Assembly (NCBI GenBank): GCA_030650605.1 | Contig: JAUSDP010000035.1 | Span: forward strand, 1-63,425 | DNA length: 63,425 nt | DNA from: a bacterium | GTDB taxonomy: Bacteria; Patescibacteriota; Minisyncoccia; Phycocordibacterales; Zambryskibacteraceae | Reading direction: 5' to 3' | In this document: positions 1 to 8,809 of the stretch, in pieces | Layout: the number at the start of each line of letters is the position of its first letter | Position numbering within the stretch: the first letter of the stretch is position 1 | The notes under the pieces: generated by a model | What the model saw: only the letters and a program-made list of their open reading frames with translations | Told to the model about the DNA's origin: nothing | The model's database searches: none | Program-made: the position numbers and the translations under genes

Positions 1-126
1 AATACCACCAACTCACTCGATGGATATTTCAGCCGTGTGAAAAATTTACTTGCGGCACATCGAGGAAAAAGCAGAGAAAGAGTCAGGAAGATAGTAACAG
101 AGATTCTAAGAAAACAGACTGCTTAG
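1..126 (+). CDS. 3' end of a transposase-like ORF entering from the left edge (partial)
   Basis: Open frame 1-123 plus TAG at 124-126 gives NTTNSLDGYFSRVKNLLAAHRGKSRERVRKIVTEILRKQTA*. The N-x-x-N-S-L-D-G-Y-F-S pattern resembles C-terminal helices of DDE transposases. The family cannot be assigned from 41 aa. It abuts a truncated nuclease gene. Confidence 0.3.
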   Translation, partial: NTTNSLDGYFSRVKNLLAAHRGKSRERVRKIVTEILRKQTA

Positions 127-137
127 AATGCCATTAG

Positions 138-548
138 ACCGATAAATATGACCGCCTTTTGCGATATATCTTTCTTGAAGATGACACCAATTTCAATCTC
201 TTAATGATTCGAGAGGGTTATGCTTACGAATATACTTACGACTTACCTTATAAATACCAGACTGAATTTAAACGAGCACAAAAAGAGGCAGAGAAAAATA
301 AAGCGGGACTATGGGGCACGACTTGTGAAGGTCAGACCTCCGTCAACACACCTACGGCGGCATCAGTAAACAATGCTAATTCTTGCAATATTAAAGGCAA
401 TATTAATGCGAAGAAAGAAAAAATTTACCACGTGCATGGCTGTGGTTCATATAATAAAACTGTTATCAGTGAAAACGGTGGCGAAAGATGGTTCTGCTCC
501 GAACAAGATGCACTTGACGCCGGCTGGCGCAAAGCATTGAATTGTTAA
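138..548 (+). pseudogene. thermonuclease (SNase-fold) C-terminal fragment; catalytic N-terminal part missing
   Basis: The frame opens only after TAG at 135-137. TDKYDRLLRYIFLEDDTNFNLLMIREGYAYEY...AEKNKAGLWG matches only the last third of an SNase fold. The tail NIKGNINAKKEKIYHVHGCGSYNKTVI..GERWFCSEQDALDAGWRKA is typical of secreted nucleases. Only a TTG at 159 is available as a start. Confidence 0.5.
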
Positions 549-553
549 TCTTT

Positions 554-1900
554 TCATTGCTCTGTCCTAAAGAAAAAACGTTTAAGAGTCTGAAGCCAAT
601 TTTTTATAATACCTGAGCTTTCCTCTACTGTAATAGCATCTATGGCCGAGGCGGTTTGAGATTCATCAATTTCTGTTTCCACAAGCTCTTTTACAACAGG
701 TTCGTCAATTACGGGATTCTTAATTACCTTTGTTGATTTGGCAATATTTTGCTGGCTAGAAAGAGCCGTGAGTTGTTGCTGAAGAACTGAAAGTTGGCTA
801 CGAACTTGTGCGATTTTATCCAATCTTTGTTCTTCAACCTTTATCATAATTTCTTGCAACTTAAATTCCGTACCCACAATCATCAAAGAAATTTCCGATT
901 GTTCTGATGGAGTGAGCCCCGTCACATTCGCACCAAAAGATATTTTTTGCCCAGGTTTCATTATCGTGTCTTTGGGAAAAGCGAAGATTTGATCTTTAGT
1001 AACCAGCGCCCGGCCGAAAAGACTGACCTCACTCTTTGAATTATTGGTTATTTCTATTCTCTCTTTCGACACATGTGTCACAACAAATTCAGGATTGACA
1101 ATTTTCACATTGGCTCGAGATACTGCTTTGCCTTTAGGCCCCGAGACATTGAGCACTAGTACATATTCACCAGGATAAGTGTAAGTATGATTGACTATTT
1201 CTCCCACCCCTTCACTACCATCGCCGAAATTCCAGACAAAAATACTGTTATTCGTATAATCAATGTTTGTTTCTACTTTAAATTCAAGCGGGCTACCCGC
1301 GGTACCCAAACGGTTTCGACCTGCATTCACTTCGAATCCAGGTGAATTTTTCAAACTGCTCAAAACAGCCGCACCATAGTGGGAGGAAGAAAATCCAGAT
1401 GAGGATGAGGATGATTCTTGATTGCCAGAAGATGAAGTAGTAGAGGAAGATTCTTCGGCTGAAACAGTAGTTGTGGTGGAGGCAGGCAAAACATTGGAAA
1501 TTGTAATGGCTTGATTTGCACTCCATATCTGGCCACTCGTCCTGCCAGTGGCATTAATCGTTATAGTAAATGTCCCATTCGTAGAATCTCTATACCTAAA
1601 ATTCTTGTTTGCACTACCCGTTGAAATAGTTTTTGTAACAGGATTCTCGCTAGATGGGCTCAAAAATGCTCCAGAAACAGAAGAGGATAAGAATTCAACA
1701 TCTACTGTCTCGGCAGCTTTGTCTAAACTCCCGGCTGAATTCTGAAGTTGTATGGTTATAGTGCCTGATATTTCGCCAGGTTTTACTGTCTGTGGTTCAG
1801 TGGTAAATACAACTTTTGAAACCTCGGCATGCGAGGCTATCGGAAACATAACGAGAAGAAACAAAACTAACAAAGATTTTTTATAGATATCCACGAGCAT
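554..1900 (-). CDS. secreted PKD-domain protein
   Basis: ATG at 1900 (the track start at 1906 is TTG). Signal-peptide-like LLVLFLLVMFPIASHA, a Ser/Thr-rich linker, and the PKD-type motif WNFGDGSEGVGEIVNHTYTYPGEYVLVLNV. Confidence 0.6.
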   Translation of the reverse strand: MLVDIYKKSLLVLFLLVMFPIASHAEVSKVVFTTEPQTVKPGEISGTITIQLQNSAGSLDKAAETVDVEFLSSSVSGAFLSPSSENPVTKTISTGSANKNFRYRDSTNGTFTITINATGRTSGQIWSANQAITISNVLPASTTTTVSAEESSSTTSSSGNQESSSSSSGFSSSHYGAAVLSSLKNSPGFEVNAGRNRLGTAGSPLEFKVETNIDYTNNSIFVWNFGDGSEGVGEIVNHTYTYPGEYVLVLNVSGPKGKAVSRANVKIVNPEFVVTHVSKERIEITNNSKSEVSLFGRALVTKDQIFAFPKDTIMKPGQKISFGANVTGLTPSEQSEISLMIVGTEFKLQEIMIKVEEQRLDKIAQVRSQLSVLQQQLTALSSQQNIAKSTKVIKNPVIDEPVVKELVETEIDESQTASAIDAITVEESSGIIKNWLQTLKRFFFRTEQ

Positions 1901-2026
1901 AGACAATAACTGCCATACTGGCTGAGATCAATAAAAGAAAGCCGAAAAGGAATTTGAAAAACGCTTTATCTAAATAACGCATAGCTTGATTATAAATCCT
2001 AACGGTTTAAAAGTTATCCACAACCT

Positions 2027-2050
2027 AAAACCGCCCTTTGGGCGGTTTTA
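2027..2050 (-). terminator. hairpin terminator downstream of 2073-2663
   Basis: AAAACCGCCC-TTTG-GGCGGTTTT stem-loop 23 nt after the stop of the minus-strand gene. A/T runs on both sides, so it may act in both directions. Confidence 0.6.
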
Positions 2051-2072
2051 GGTTAGAGAAAAGAAACTGGGA

Positions 2073-2663
2073 TTAGTAACTACCGCTAGCCTGCATTTTC
2101 TGTATTTCCAGATTTAGGAGAACGATGAGTTGCTGGATGAGTGGAATTAGTTGGGCTTTAATGGCTGCAATAGCTTCTGAAGTTGTTAATTGAGCAACTG
2201 GCACCACTGGAGCGACTGGAGTAATGACAGTTGTAGCACCCCCCCCGCCTCCACCACTACTACCAGAACCACCAGAAGTGTCAGCGGCAGCTGTAGTACA
2301 AAGCGTGGCCGAAGGCGTGATAATTACGATTACTTCACTACTGCTAGCAGTATAACCAAGCTTAGATTGCGTAGCATTACAGATATGAGTACTGAGCCCA
2401 TTCTGTGAGTTTGTAGCCAACTCATTGAGATTTGGAGCAGTGACCTGAAATGTTGAGGCGGCGTTACCTTGCAGAGTAACTGTAAAGGTTGTGCTGTCAA
2501 CCACAATGGATTCAATTACAGCAGTTGAACCGGAAACATTTAGAGTAATGCCGTTGACGGAAAGAACGGTATCCGTTGTCAGGGAAACATCGTTATAAGC
2601 GGCAAAAGCCAGCCACGGTAGGAGTAAGGAGACAATCGAACCTGAAACTAATAATTTTTTCAT
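2073..2663 (-). CDS. secreted hypothetical protein
   Basis: Signal peptide MKKLLVSGSIVSLLLPWLAFA, a beta-rich core, a SGGSGSSGGGGGGA linker and a helical C-terminus. Followed by a terminator. Confidence 0.5.
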   Translation of the reverse strand: MKKLLVSGSIVSLLLPWLAFAAYNDVSLTTDTVLSVNGITLNVSGSTAVIESIVVDSTTFTVTLQGNAASTFQVTAPNLNELATNSQNGLSTHICNATQSKLGYTASSSEVIVIITPSATLCTTAAADTSGGSGSSGGGGGGATTVITPVAPVVPVAQLTTSEAIAAIKAQLIPLIQQLIVLLNLEIQKMQASGSY

Positions 2664-2684
2664 GAGCTAAGATTTAGACCAAGA

Positions 2685-3221
2685 TTAGATCGGGCATGAG
2701 CCGTACTGCCATACGACATTACCGATTGATGCCGCACCTTGTGTAGTGGTTGTAGCTTCTTGACCAGGAAGACCGAATGTCAACCTAACTGCTGTGTCGG
2801 TTGAAGTCGCATACATTTGTACGCACCCAACTTGAATGGTTGAGGTGGCAGAATTGGAAGTCGTAATAACAAGCGCTCCACTACCACCGCTCATAGTAAC
2901 GTCTCCCGTAAGAACAGAAGTACCTGTTACCGCAAGCGTACCTGCAGTGGCAATATTCCCATTTGTTGCCGTCGTCGTTGCGAAACCATTAACCATGAAG
3001 TTCCCAGTCTGGGAAGTAATGGTTGATGATGCATTTGTTAGAGTCGTGACGCCGGTAACACCGAGCGTTCCGGTAATCGTGGCGTTGCCATCCGTCGTGA
3101 TGTTGGTGCTAATAGTCGTTACCGCATTTGCCACAAGCGAAATGAGCAAAACTCCAAACACTACAGTAAGAACGACGGAAATTATTTTCGTCATCCTATC
3201 GTTATTAATTATATTATTCAT
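2685..3221 (-). CDS. anchored/secreted Thr-Gly-rich beta-repeat protein
   Basis: N-terminal hydrophobic segment IISVVLTVVFGVLLISLVANA followed by repetitive T/G/A/V-rich sequence. The antisense ORF 2836-3237 is a low-complexity mirror. Confidence 0.5.
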   Translation of the reverse strand: MNNIINNDRMTKIISVVLTVVFGVLLISLVANAVTTISTNITTDGNATITGTLGVTGVTTLTNASSTITSQTGNFMVNGFATTTATNGNIATAGTLAVTGTSVLTGDVTMSGGSGALVITTSNSATSTIQVGCVQMYATSTDTAVRLTFGLPGQEATTTTQGAASIGNVVWQYGSCPI

Positions 3222-3300
3222 ACTTAATTATTATTGATTTATGTTTATCTTACTAACACGATGATTATCTCACACTTCGACAAGCTCAGTGTAAATAATG

Positions 3301-3380
3301 TGTGGATAACCCCGTAAAGCTCGCCTCGCGTAAAGCGACGTGGTCGCCACGCGACTTTACGTCGTGCTCGCCACGGGGCA
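3301..3380. repeat. 80-nt hairpin-forming intergenic repeat, copy A (begins with TGTGGATAA)
   Basis: About 90 percent identical to 5669-5746. Outer stem CCCCGT/ACGGGG; inner stem CGTAAAG..CGTGG-TCG-CCACG..CTTTACG. Confidence 0.85.
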
Positions 3381-3394
3381 CAAGCTCTCTCATA

Positions 3395-3423
3395 ACAAAA
3401 AACCGCCCGAAGGTGGTTTTTTG
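3395..3423 (-). terminator. hairpin terminator of 3462-5507
   Basis: On the minus strand: AAAAAACCACC-TTCG-GGCGGTTTTTT (UUCG loop, one A.C mismatch, T-run). Confidence 0.6.
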
Positions 3424-3461
3424 TTTTCTAGGTTAAGCCTAGAGCTATAGTAATCCTAAGA

Positions 3462-5507
3462 TTACGGGAAGGAAACGTCAGCTGTTCTCCAGTCAGTCTC
3501 ACCAGCCATGAAGGTAGTGGTCTGAACAGTACCAGTAGTAGCATTCCACCACTGGATACCTTCGAAGCCTATAGCATAGAGGCCTGCTGATAGAACTGTA
3601 CCACCAGGTTCTCTTCCTTCAATTTTGAAGGTGACAGGAATGGTAACATCGTTACCATCAGTTAACGTACAACTATTCGTACCAGTTGATGTACAACCAG
3701 AAGGAATGGTGTAAGAGGTTGAGGTAGCACTAGAGACCGCACCGTCATAAGCACCGTTTCGGTAAACCTTGAACGAAGCTGTGGAGCTTGCGATTACTGG
3801 CGTACCAGAAGCGACGGTACCAAGAGTCAAAGTACCACCAACTGCCTTAACCTTGACATTGAAGGTCGCAGTCAAGGTAGAGGTACTCTTGGTCAAGGTG
3901 TCATTTGTCTGAGACACACCGTTAGTGATAATTGACTTGGAGACCAAGGTTACTTCAGGACCAACTTTCCTGACAGTAATGGTCTTGCCTTGGGCAGAAC
4001 CAGTCTCTGTGACAGACGAACCAGCAGAGTTTTCTGAAGTAACATTTGTGGCAACGGCGTTTGTAGCACCGATATCGGCTGCAAATGTTGTTGCTAGAAG
4101 GCCAGCAGTATCGATGTCCACCTTGAAGGTAAGGGTTCTCGTGGTATCAGCTGGAACAATCCAGTCAATATCAGAGAAGGTAAAGCTTCCTGCCGCAGTA
4201 GTGGTCATGATAATAGAGGCAGACCCTACGAGCGTACTGCCATCGTAGATGTAACCAGTCGTAGACGAAGCAGTTGTGAGAGTAGTACCGCGAACAACGT
4301 CAACAACTAAGTCGGTAACTAGGATTTGATCTTTCTCTCCCTTAAAGTTGAACTTAGCAAGAGTAAGACCGTCAAGCTCATTATCGCTTGAACCCTCACT
4401 GGCAATAACCTGGCTAGTGATAGGACTATCAGTTGCCAGAGATACTGTTAAAGCTGCGCTGTCAACGACATCGGCTGCTGAAGTGAATTCATTATTGAAC
4501 GCAGTGGCAGGTGAGAACTCGTTGATACCAGCACCGTCAACTCCTCGGACACCATCTACAGGAACAGTGACTTTCCAACTATCATTGTCGAAAGTGGAAT
4601 CCCAGCTTGCCTTAGGATCGATAGCGATCGTCAAGACTTTGGTGGCATCCTTTGGAACGATGAAGCTGAAACCAGAAACTGTGACGTAGTAGTCGGAACC
4701 CTCCTTTACAACCGTAGTTGCGTTAAGAGGCATCGATGCTAGGACGGTAGAACCATCCATAACATAGATATTATCAGCAATCTTTGTGTAGAACTGTTGA
4801 TCAGAATTTCCGCTAGTAACGAAGTCGAGCTTGAGTTTTACTCTCTCGATTTTGATATCGGAGATCTTGGCTTCAAGTTTGATGCCTAAGACACCCACCT
4901 TGGCACCGCCTTCATAGGCCTTGGTACCAGAAGCGGGAGTGGCATCTTTTGAAGCAGTAATCGTGCCTTCTACGCCAGGAGTAGTGATAACACCACCTGC
5001 TGTACATGAAGCACCTGTTACTGAATTAAATAGCGCACCTGTTGGACAACCCGGTGTTGGTGTAACTACCGGACCAGGACCTGGGACAACTGCAATCAGT
5101 CCATTTAACCTAGTCCTAGAGATAGGACCGAAGTAACCAACTGCCGGAGAAACTCCGTTAGCGGCTTGCCATCGGGCTACAGCTGCTTTAGTAAGAGAAC
5201 CGAAGTAACCTTTAGAAACACCTACAGGCATTACCAAGTATCCATTGGTTACTAGGTAACTCTGAAGAGCCGATACGTCTGAACCTGTGCTACCAATTGT
5301 GAGATTGGTATTGAAGTTAGAGAGTGCTTGCCCTCCTGTAGCACTACCACCACCCTGAAGAGCGGAGAGCTGTGCCATTAATGCATTGATTTGTGCCTGA
5401 AGATCAGCAATTGACGATTGAGCACCTACCATCGGTACAAAAGAACCGAGAGCAAGTGACGCGCCCACTGCAATTCCAGCGATCTTTGCAATTCTAATTT
5501 TATTCAT
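3462..5507 (-). CDS. large secreted peptidoglycan-binding-domain surface protein
   Basis: Signal peptide, then coiled LQAQINALMAQLSALQ. PG_binding_1-like segment GSTGSDVSALQSYLVTNGYL...YFGSLTKAAVARWQAANGV...GYFGPISRTRL, then about 500 aa of beta-rich T/S/V/G sequence. Confidence 0.65.
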   Translation of the reverse strand: MNKIRIAKIAGIAVGASLALGSFVPMVGAQSSIADLQAQINALMAQLSALQGGGSATGGQALSNFNTNLTIGSTGSDVSALQSYLVTNGYLVMPVGVSKGYFGSLTKAAVARWQAANGVSPAVGYFGPISRTRLNGLIAVVPGPGPVVTPTPGCPTGALFNSVTGASCTAGGVITTPGVEGTITASKDATPASGTKAYEGGAKVGVLGIKLEAKISDIKIERVKLKLDFVTSGNSDQQFYTKIADNIYVMDGSTVLASMPLNATTVVKEGSDYYVTVSGFSFIVPKDATKVLTIAIDPKASWDSTFDNDSWKVTVPVDGVRGVDGAGINEFSPATAFNNEFTSAADVVDSAALTVSLATDSPITSQVIASEGSSDNELDGLTLAKFNFKGEKDQILVTDLVVDVVRGTTLTTASSTTGYIYDGSTLVGSASIIMTTTAAGSFTFSDIDWIVPADTTRTLTFKVDIDTAGLLATTFAADIGATNAVATNVTSENSAGSSVTETGSAQGKTITVRKVGPEVTLVSKSIITNGVSQTNDTLTKSTSTLTATFNVKVKAVGGTLTLGTVASGTPVIASSTASFKVYRNGAYDGAVSSATSTSYTIPSGCTSTGTNSCTLTDGNDVTIPVTFKIEGREPGGTVLSAGLYAIGFEGIQWWNATTGTVQTTTFMAGETDWRTADVSFP

Positions 5508-5668
5508 TTGTTAATTTATTTTCTAATGCGTGAGTACTTCCCAATAATTTCTAATGTTTGTTCGGGTCGAGTCACGGGTATTAATTTTCAACATTTGCCA
5601 ACAAAAGATAAACCTTTGCTGACAAGTCCCTATATTATAAGGGATGTTCGGCCAAGTACCAAATGTAC

Positions 5669-5746
5669 TGTGGATAACCCCGTAAAATTCGCTTCGCGTA
5701 AAGCGACGTGGTCGCCACGCGACTTTACGTCGCTCATCACGGGGCA
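5669..5746. repeat. hairpin-forming intergenic repeat, copy B (begins with TGTGGATAA)
   Basis: Aligns base for base with 3301-3380, apart from a few substitutions and a 2-nt indel near the 3' arm. Confidence 0.85.
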
Positions 5747-5784
5747 AGGCCCCATAGTACACGCTTTATAGGCATTAGGCAAGG

Positions 5785-6387
5785 CTAGGCGAGGAAGTAA
5801 CGACTCCAGCGCTTCTCCCCCACTCTCTTTAGAATACCTGCCTGTACCATAGCGGACAATTCACGTTGAATCGTCTTTTCGCTACAACCATTTATCAGAG
5901 GAGAAACGTCTTTTATCATCACTTCTTTCTTGCGTTTCAAAATAGCGATAATGATGTTTTGTCGACTGTTTTTCTTTACCGAGACGGCCCCAAATTCTTT
6001 CAATGATTTGTCCTTTACTATAAGTCTCTCCTCTAATTTCTTTATATCAGGTTTCGAATAATCAATCTTGAGAATATCTGTGATATCAGCTGGATAAGCA
6101 ATTGTACCAACATATTTCAGTAATTCTTCATGCATAAGATTATGATTCTCCGCAGATATTAATCCAACATTTTTAGCCACGGAAAGAAGTCCTGTTATCT
6201 TTAACACTATGTCTCTTACTTCCAATGGAGTAATTTGTCTTTCTTTAAGAGACACTAAAAGAGTAATGAACTCCGAAGCAAGAGTTCGTAGTTTCCACTT
6301 AAGTGGCTCTAGATCATTGAAAAAACCGGTAATTAAATATATAGCGGAAGCAAGTTTTTCTGGTTTTGTGTCAGTGATATCAGACAT
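5785..6387 (-). CDS. helix-turn-helix transcriptional regulator (C-terminal winged-helix/DeoR-like)
   Basis: C-terminus IKDVSPLINGCSEKTIQRELSAMVQAGILKRVGEKRWSRYFL is a typical wHTH. The N-terminal part is helical. Confidence 0.5.
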   Translation of the reverse strand: MSDITDTKPEKLASAIYLITGFFNDLEPLKWKLRTLASEFITLLVSLKERQITPLEVRDIVLKITGLLSVAKNVGLISAENHNLMHEELLKYVGTIAYPADITDILKIDYSKPDIKKLEERLIVKDKSLKEFGAVSVKKNSRQNIIIAILKRKKEVMIKDVSPLINGCSEKTIQRELSAMVQAGILKRVGEKRWSRYFLA

Positions 6388-6616
6388 GTTGTTATATTTA
6401 CCCGCCAGAACCCGTCCGAATGGCTCGTCCGGGCGGATGACCTTGTCGGGCTGGTGTCTCTTTAGTGTCTTTTATTAGTTGTCCTTTAATTCTATCACGT
6501 TTTGTCCTTTATTACAAGTAGATCAATTATGAAGTTAAAAGACAAATTTAGCAATCCTGTTAAATTTGCTCGGCTTCATCACAGGTTAACTCTATTCATG
6601 TTATTATTTATTCATC

Positions 6617-8809
6617 ATGGCGAAAAATCGAAAGAAACAATCTCGTGACTGGGAGAAAAGTGGCATGTCAATATTTAGACTTACTTCGAGAGAAACGGCC
6701 AATGGTATTTTGGGCGTGTTTTCGATAGTACTCTCTATCTTCTTTCTGCTAGGAACTTTCAATTTTGCTGGTCAAGCAGGAACCGTTGTCTATAATTGGC
6801 TCTCTTACTTCTTTGGCTTTGGTTATTACCTATTACCCATAGTCTTCCTCTTATTAGCGTTATCATTTCTCCAAGAACAAGAGAGGGACTTTGCTATGCC
6901 ACAAATTTTCGGTTCATTTACTCTCTTCATTTCGTCTCTGGGATTAGTCGAGATTCTTTCAAACGAAGGGGGCGTCGTGGGAAAATTTATATCTCGACCG
7001 CTTTCATTCCTATTTGATATCTATCTATCTATAGTAATACTCTCGGCACTTTTGGTTATCTCAATCTTGGTCATATTTAATACTTCTATAAAATTTGATG
7101 CCATCTCGTTTATCAAAAAATTTTTCACCAAGAAAGAGACGATTCCTCTGGCTCCTCTGGAAAATGCTGCCATTAATAAAGCGGTAGAGAAGATGGAGGC
7201 AAGAAATGGAGAAGAGATAAAAACAGGCCAAACTCGCGAAAAATCAAAGAGTGAGAATGAGGGATTTATGCCAGTAGTTACTCGTCGAAGTGGTAAACGT
7301 TGGGCCCCTCCTCCACTCTCTCTACTCGAAGGAGACCGCGGCAAACCAGGTGTAGGTGATATCAAAGCCAATGCCAATCTTATCAAACGGACTCTTATGA
7401 ACTTTGGTATCGTGGTCGAAATGGACGAAATATCAATTGGTCCATCTGTTACGCGTTATGCTCTGAAACCGGCCGAGGGTGTAAAACTTTCGAAAATTCT
7501 CGGTCTCCAAAACAATCTGGAACTGGCGCTAGCCGCACATCCCGTGCGTATCGAAGCACCGATACCTGGCAAATCTCTTGTGGGTATTGAAATCCCCAAC
7601 ACGATCAAATCCATTATTGGTCTTGGTTCACTTATTTCCGATGAACAATACACGAAAAATGTTTTGCCGCTTTTGATTTCACTCGGGCGAGACATTTCGG
7701 GTCGGTCACATTTCGCCAACTTAGCTAAAATGCCTCATCTTCTATTAGCTGGCGCCACCGGTGCAGGCAAGTCAGTCACTATTCACGCCATCATTACTTC
7801 TCTCCTCTTCAGAAATCCGCCAGAGAATCTTAAATTTATTATGATAGATCCAAAACGTGTCGAGCTAACAATGTACAACAACATTCCTCATCTCCTGACA
7901 CCCGTTATCACCGACCCGAAGAAGGCAATATTAGCTCTAAAATGGGTAGCAAAAGAAATGGAACGTCGTTACGACATTCTTGAGAAAAATAAAGTGCGAG
8001 ATATTGATTCGTATCATCAAAATACCCCGCCCACCGGACAGGGACGGGCAGGTAAAAATGATGAAACGATGCCTTTCATTGTTATCATCATAGATGAACT
8101 AGCCGATCTAATGCAGTCTTACCCTCGAGAACTCGAAGCCGCGGTAGTACGTCTGGCGCAGATGAGTCGCGCTGTTGGTATTCATCTCATCCTATCCACT
8201 CAAAGACCGTCTGTTAACATTATTACTGGATTGATTAAAGCAAACATTCCAGCACGCATTGCCCTACAAGTTTCCTCGCAAATAGACTCACGAACCATCT
8301 TAGACACATCCGGTGCCGAAAAACTTCTTGGCTCGGGCGATATGCTCTTTCTCTCCGGAGAGATGTCTAAACCTTTGCGTATCCAATCGGCCTACATCTC
8401 GGAGAAGGAAGTGAAGGCCGTCACCAAGTATCTCTCTGATTCTTACGCCGACGAACTCCAAAGTGAGATTAACTTCTCCGGAGAAAATACTTCCCTGTCT
8501 GCGCAGGCAGGTAATGCTATCTTCTCGGCTACCCTAGAAGAGGACGATTCGTATAGTGGAGACGACGATGAACTTTACGAAGAAGCGAGGGAAACTGTCA
8601 TTCATGCTGGTAAGGCTTCAACCTCATTTCTTCAGCGTAAATTACGTATCGGCTATGCTCGTGCCGCCCGTCTAGTAGATATGCTTGAGGAGCGTGGAGT
8701 GGTGGGTCAAGGTTCAGGAGCCAAGGCGCGAGAGGTTATTGGAGCAGATGTAAACAACAATACAGTTCCAACATTGGGCGAAGATGAAGTAGAAAACACT
8801 ACATTATGA
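6617..8809 (+). CDS. ftsK: DNA translocase FtsK/SpoIIIE
   Basis: N-terminal TM segments, Walker A GATGAGKS, Walker B IVIIIDELADL, and a gamma wHTH ASTSFLQRKLRIGYARAARLVDMLEERGVV. Confidence 0.92.
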   Translation: MAKNRKKQSRDWEKSGMSIFRLTSRETANGILGVFSIVLSIFFLLGTFNFAGQAGTVVYNWLSYFFGFGYYLLPIVFLLLALSFLQEQERDFAMPQIFGSFTLFISSLGLVEILSNEGGVVGKFISRPLSFLFDIYLSIVILSALLVISILVIFNTSIKFDAISFIKKFFTKKETIPLAPLENAAINKAVEKMEARNGEEIKTGQTREKSKSENEGFMPVVTRRSGKRWAPPPLSLLEGDRGKPGVGDIKANANLIKRTLMNFGIVVEMDEISIGPSVTRYALKPAEGVKLSKILGLQNNLELALAAHPVRIEAPIPGKSLVGIEIPNTIKSIIGLGSLISDEQYTKNVLPLLISLGRDISGRSHFANLAKMPHLLLAGATGAGKSVTIHAIITSLLFRNPPENLKFIMIDPKRVELTMYNNIPHLLTPVITDPKKAILALKWVAKEMERRYDILEKNKVRDIDSYHQNTPPTGQGRAGKNDETMPFIVIIIDELADLMQSYPRELEAAVVRLAQMSRAVGIHLILSTQRPSVNIITGLIKANIPARIALQVSSQIDSRTILDTSGAEKLLGSGDMLFLSGEMSKPLRIQSAYISEKEVKAVTKYLSDSYADELQSEINFSGENTSLSAQAGNAIFSATLEEDDSYSGDDDELYEEARETVIHAGKASTSFLQRKLRIGYARAARLVDMLEERGVVGQGSGAKAREVIGADVNNNTVPTLGEDEVENTTL

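Noticed and set aside
2014-5677. Possible replication origin, suggested by the DnaA boxes
   Set aside because: The boxes are kilobases apart and in mixed orientations. No dnaA/dnaN or AT-rich unwinding element is adjacent. A regulatory role is more plausible.
5508-5771. Two overlapping ORFs (87 aa on plus, 79 aa on minus) in the 5508-5784 intergenic region
   Set aside because: They span the hairpin repeat, which recurs at 3301-3380 in a different frame context, and the promoter region. The repeat explains the open frames.
8807-8809. Alternative genetic code (UGA recoding, as in some CPR lineages)
   Set aside because: TGA terminates ftsK exactly where the protein should end, and it forms the ATGA overlaps used elsewhere. 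The standard code 11 fits all long ORFs.
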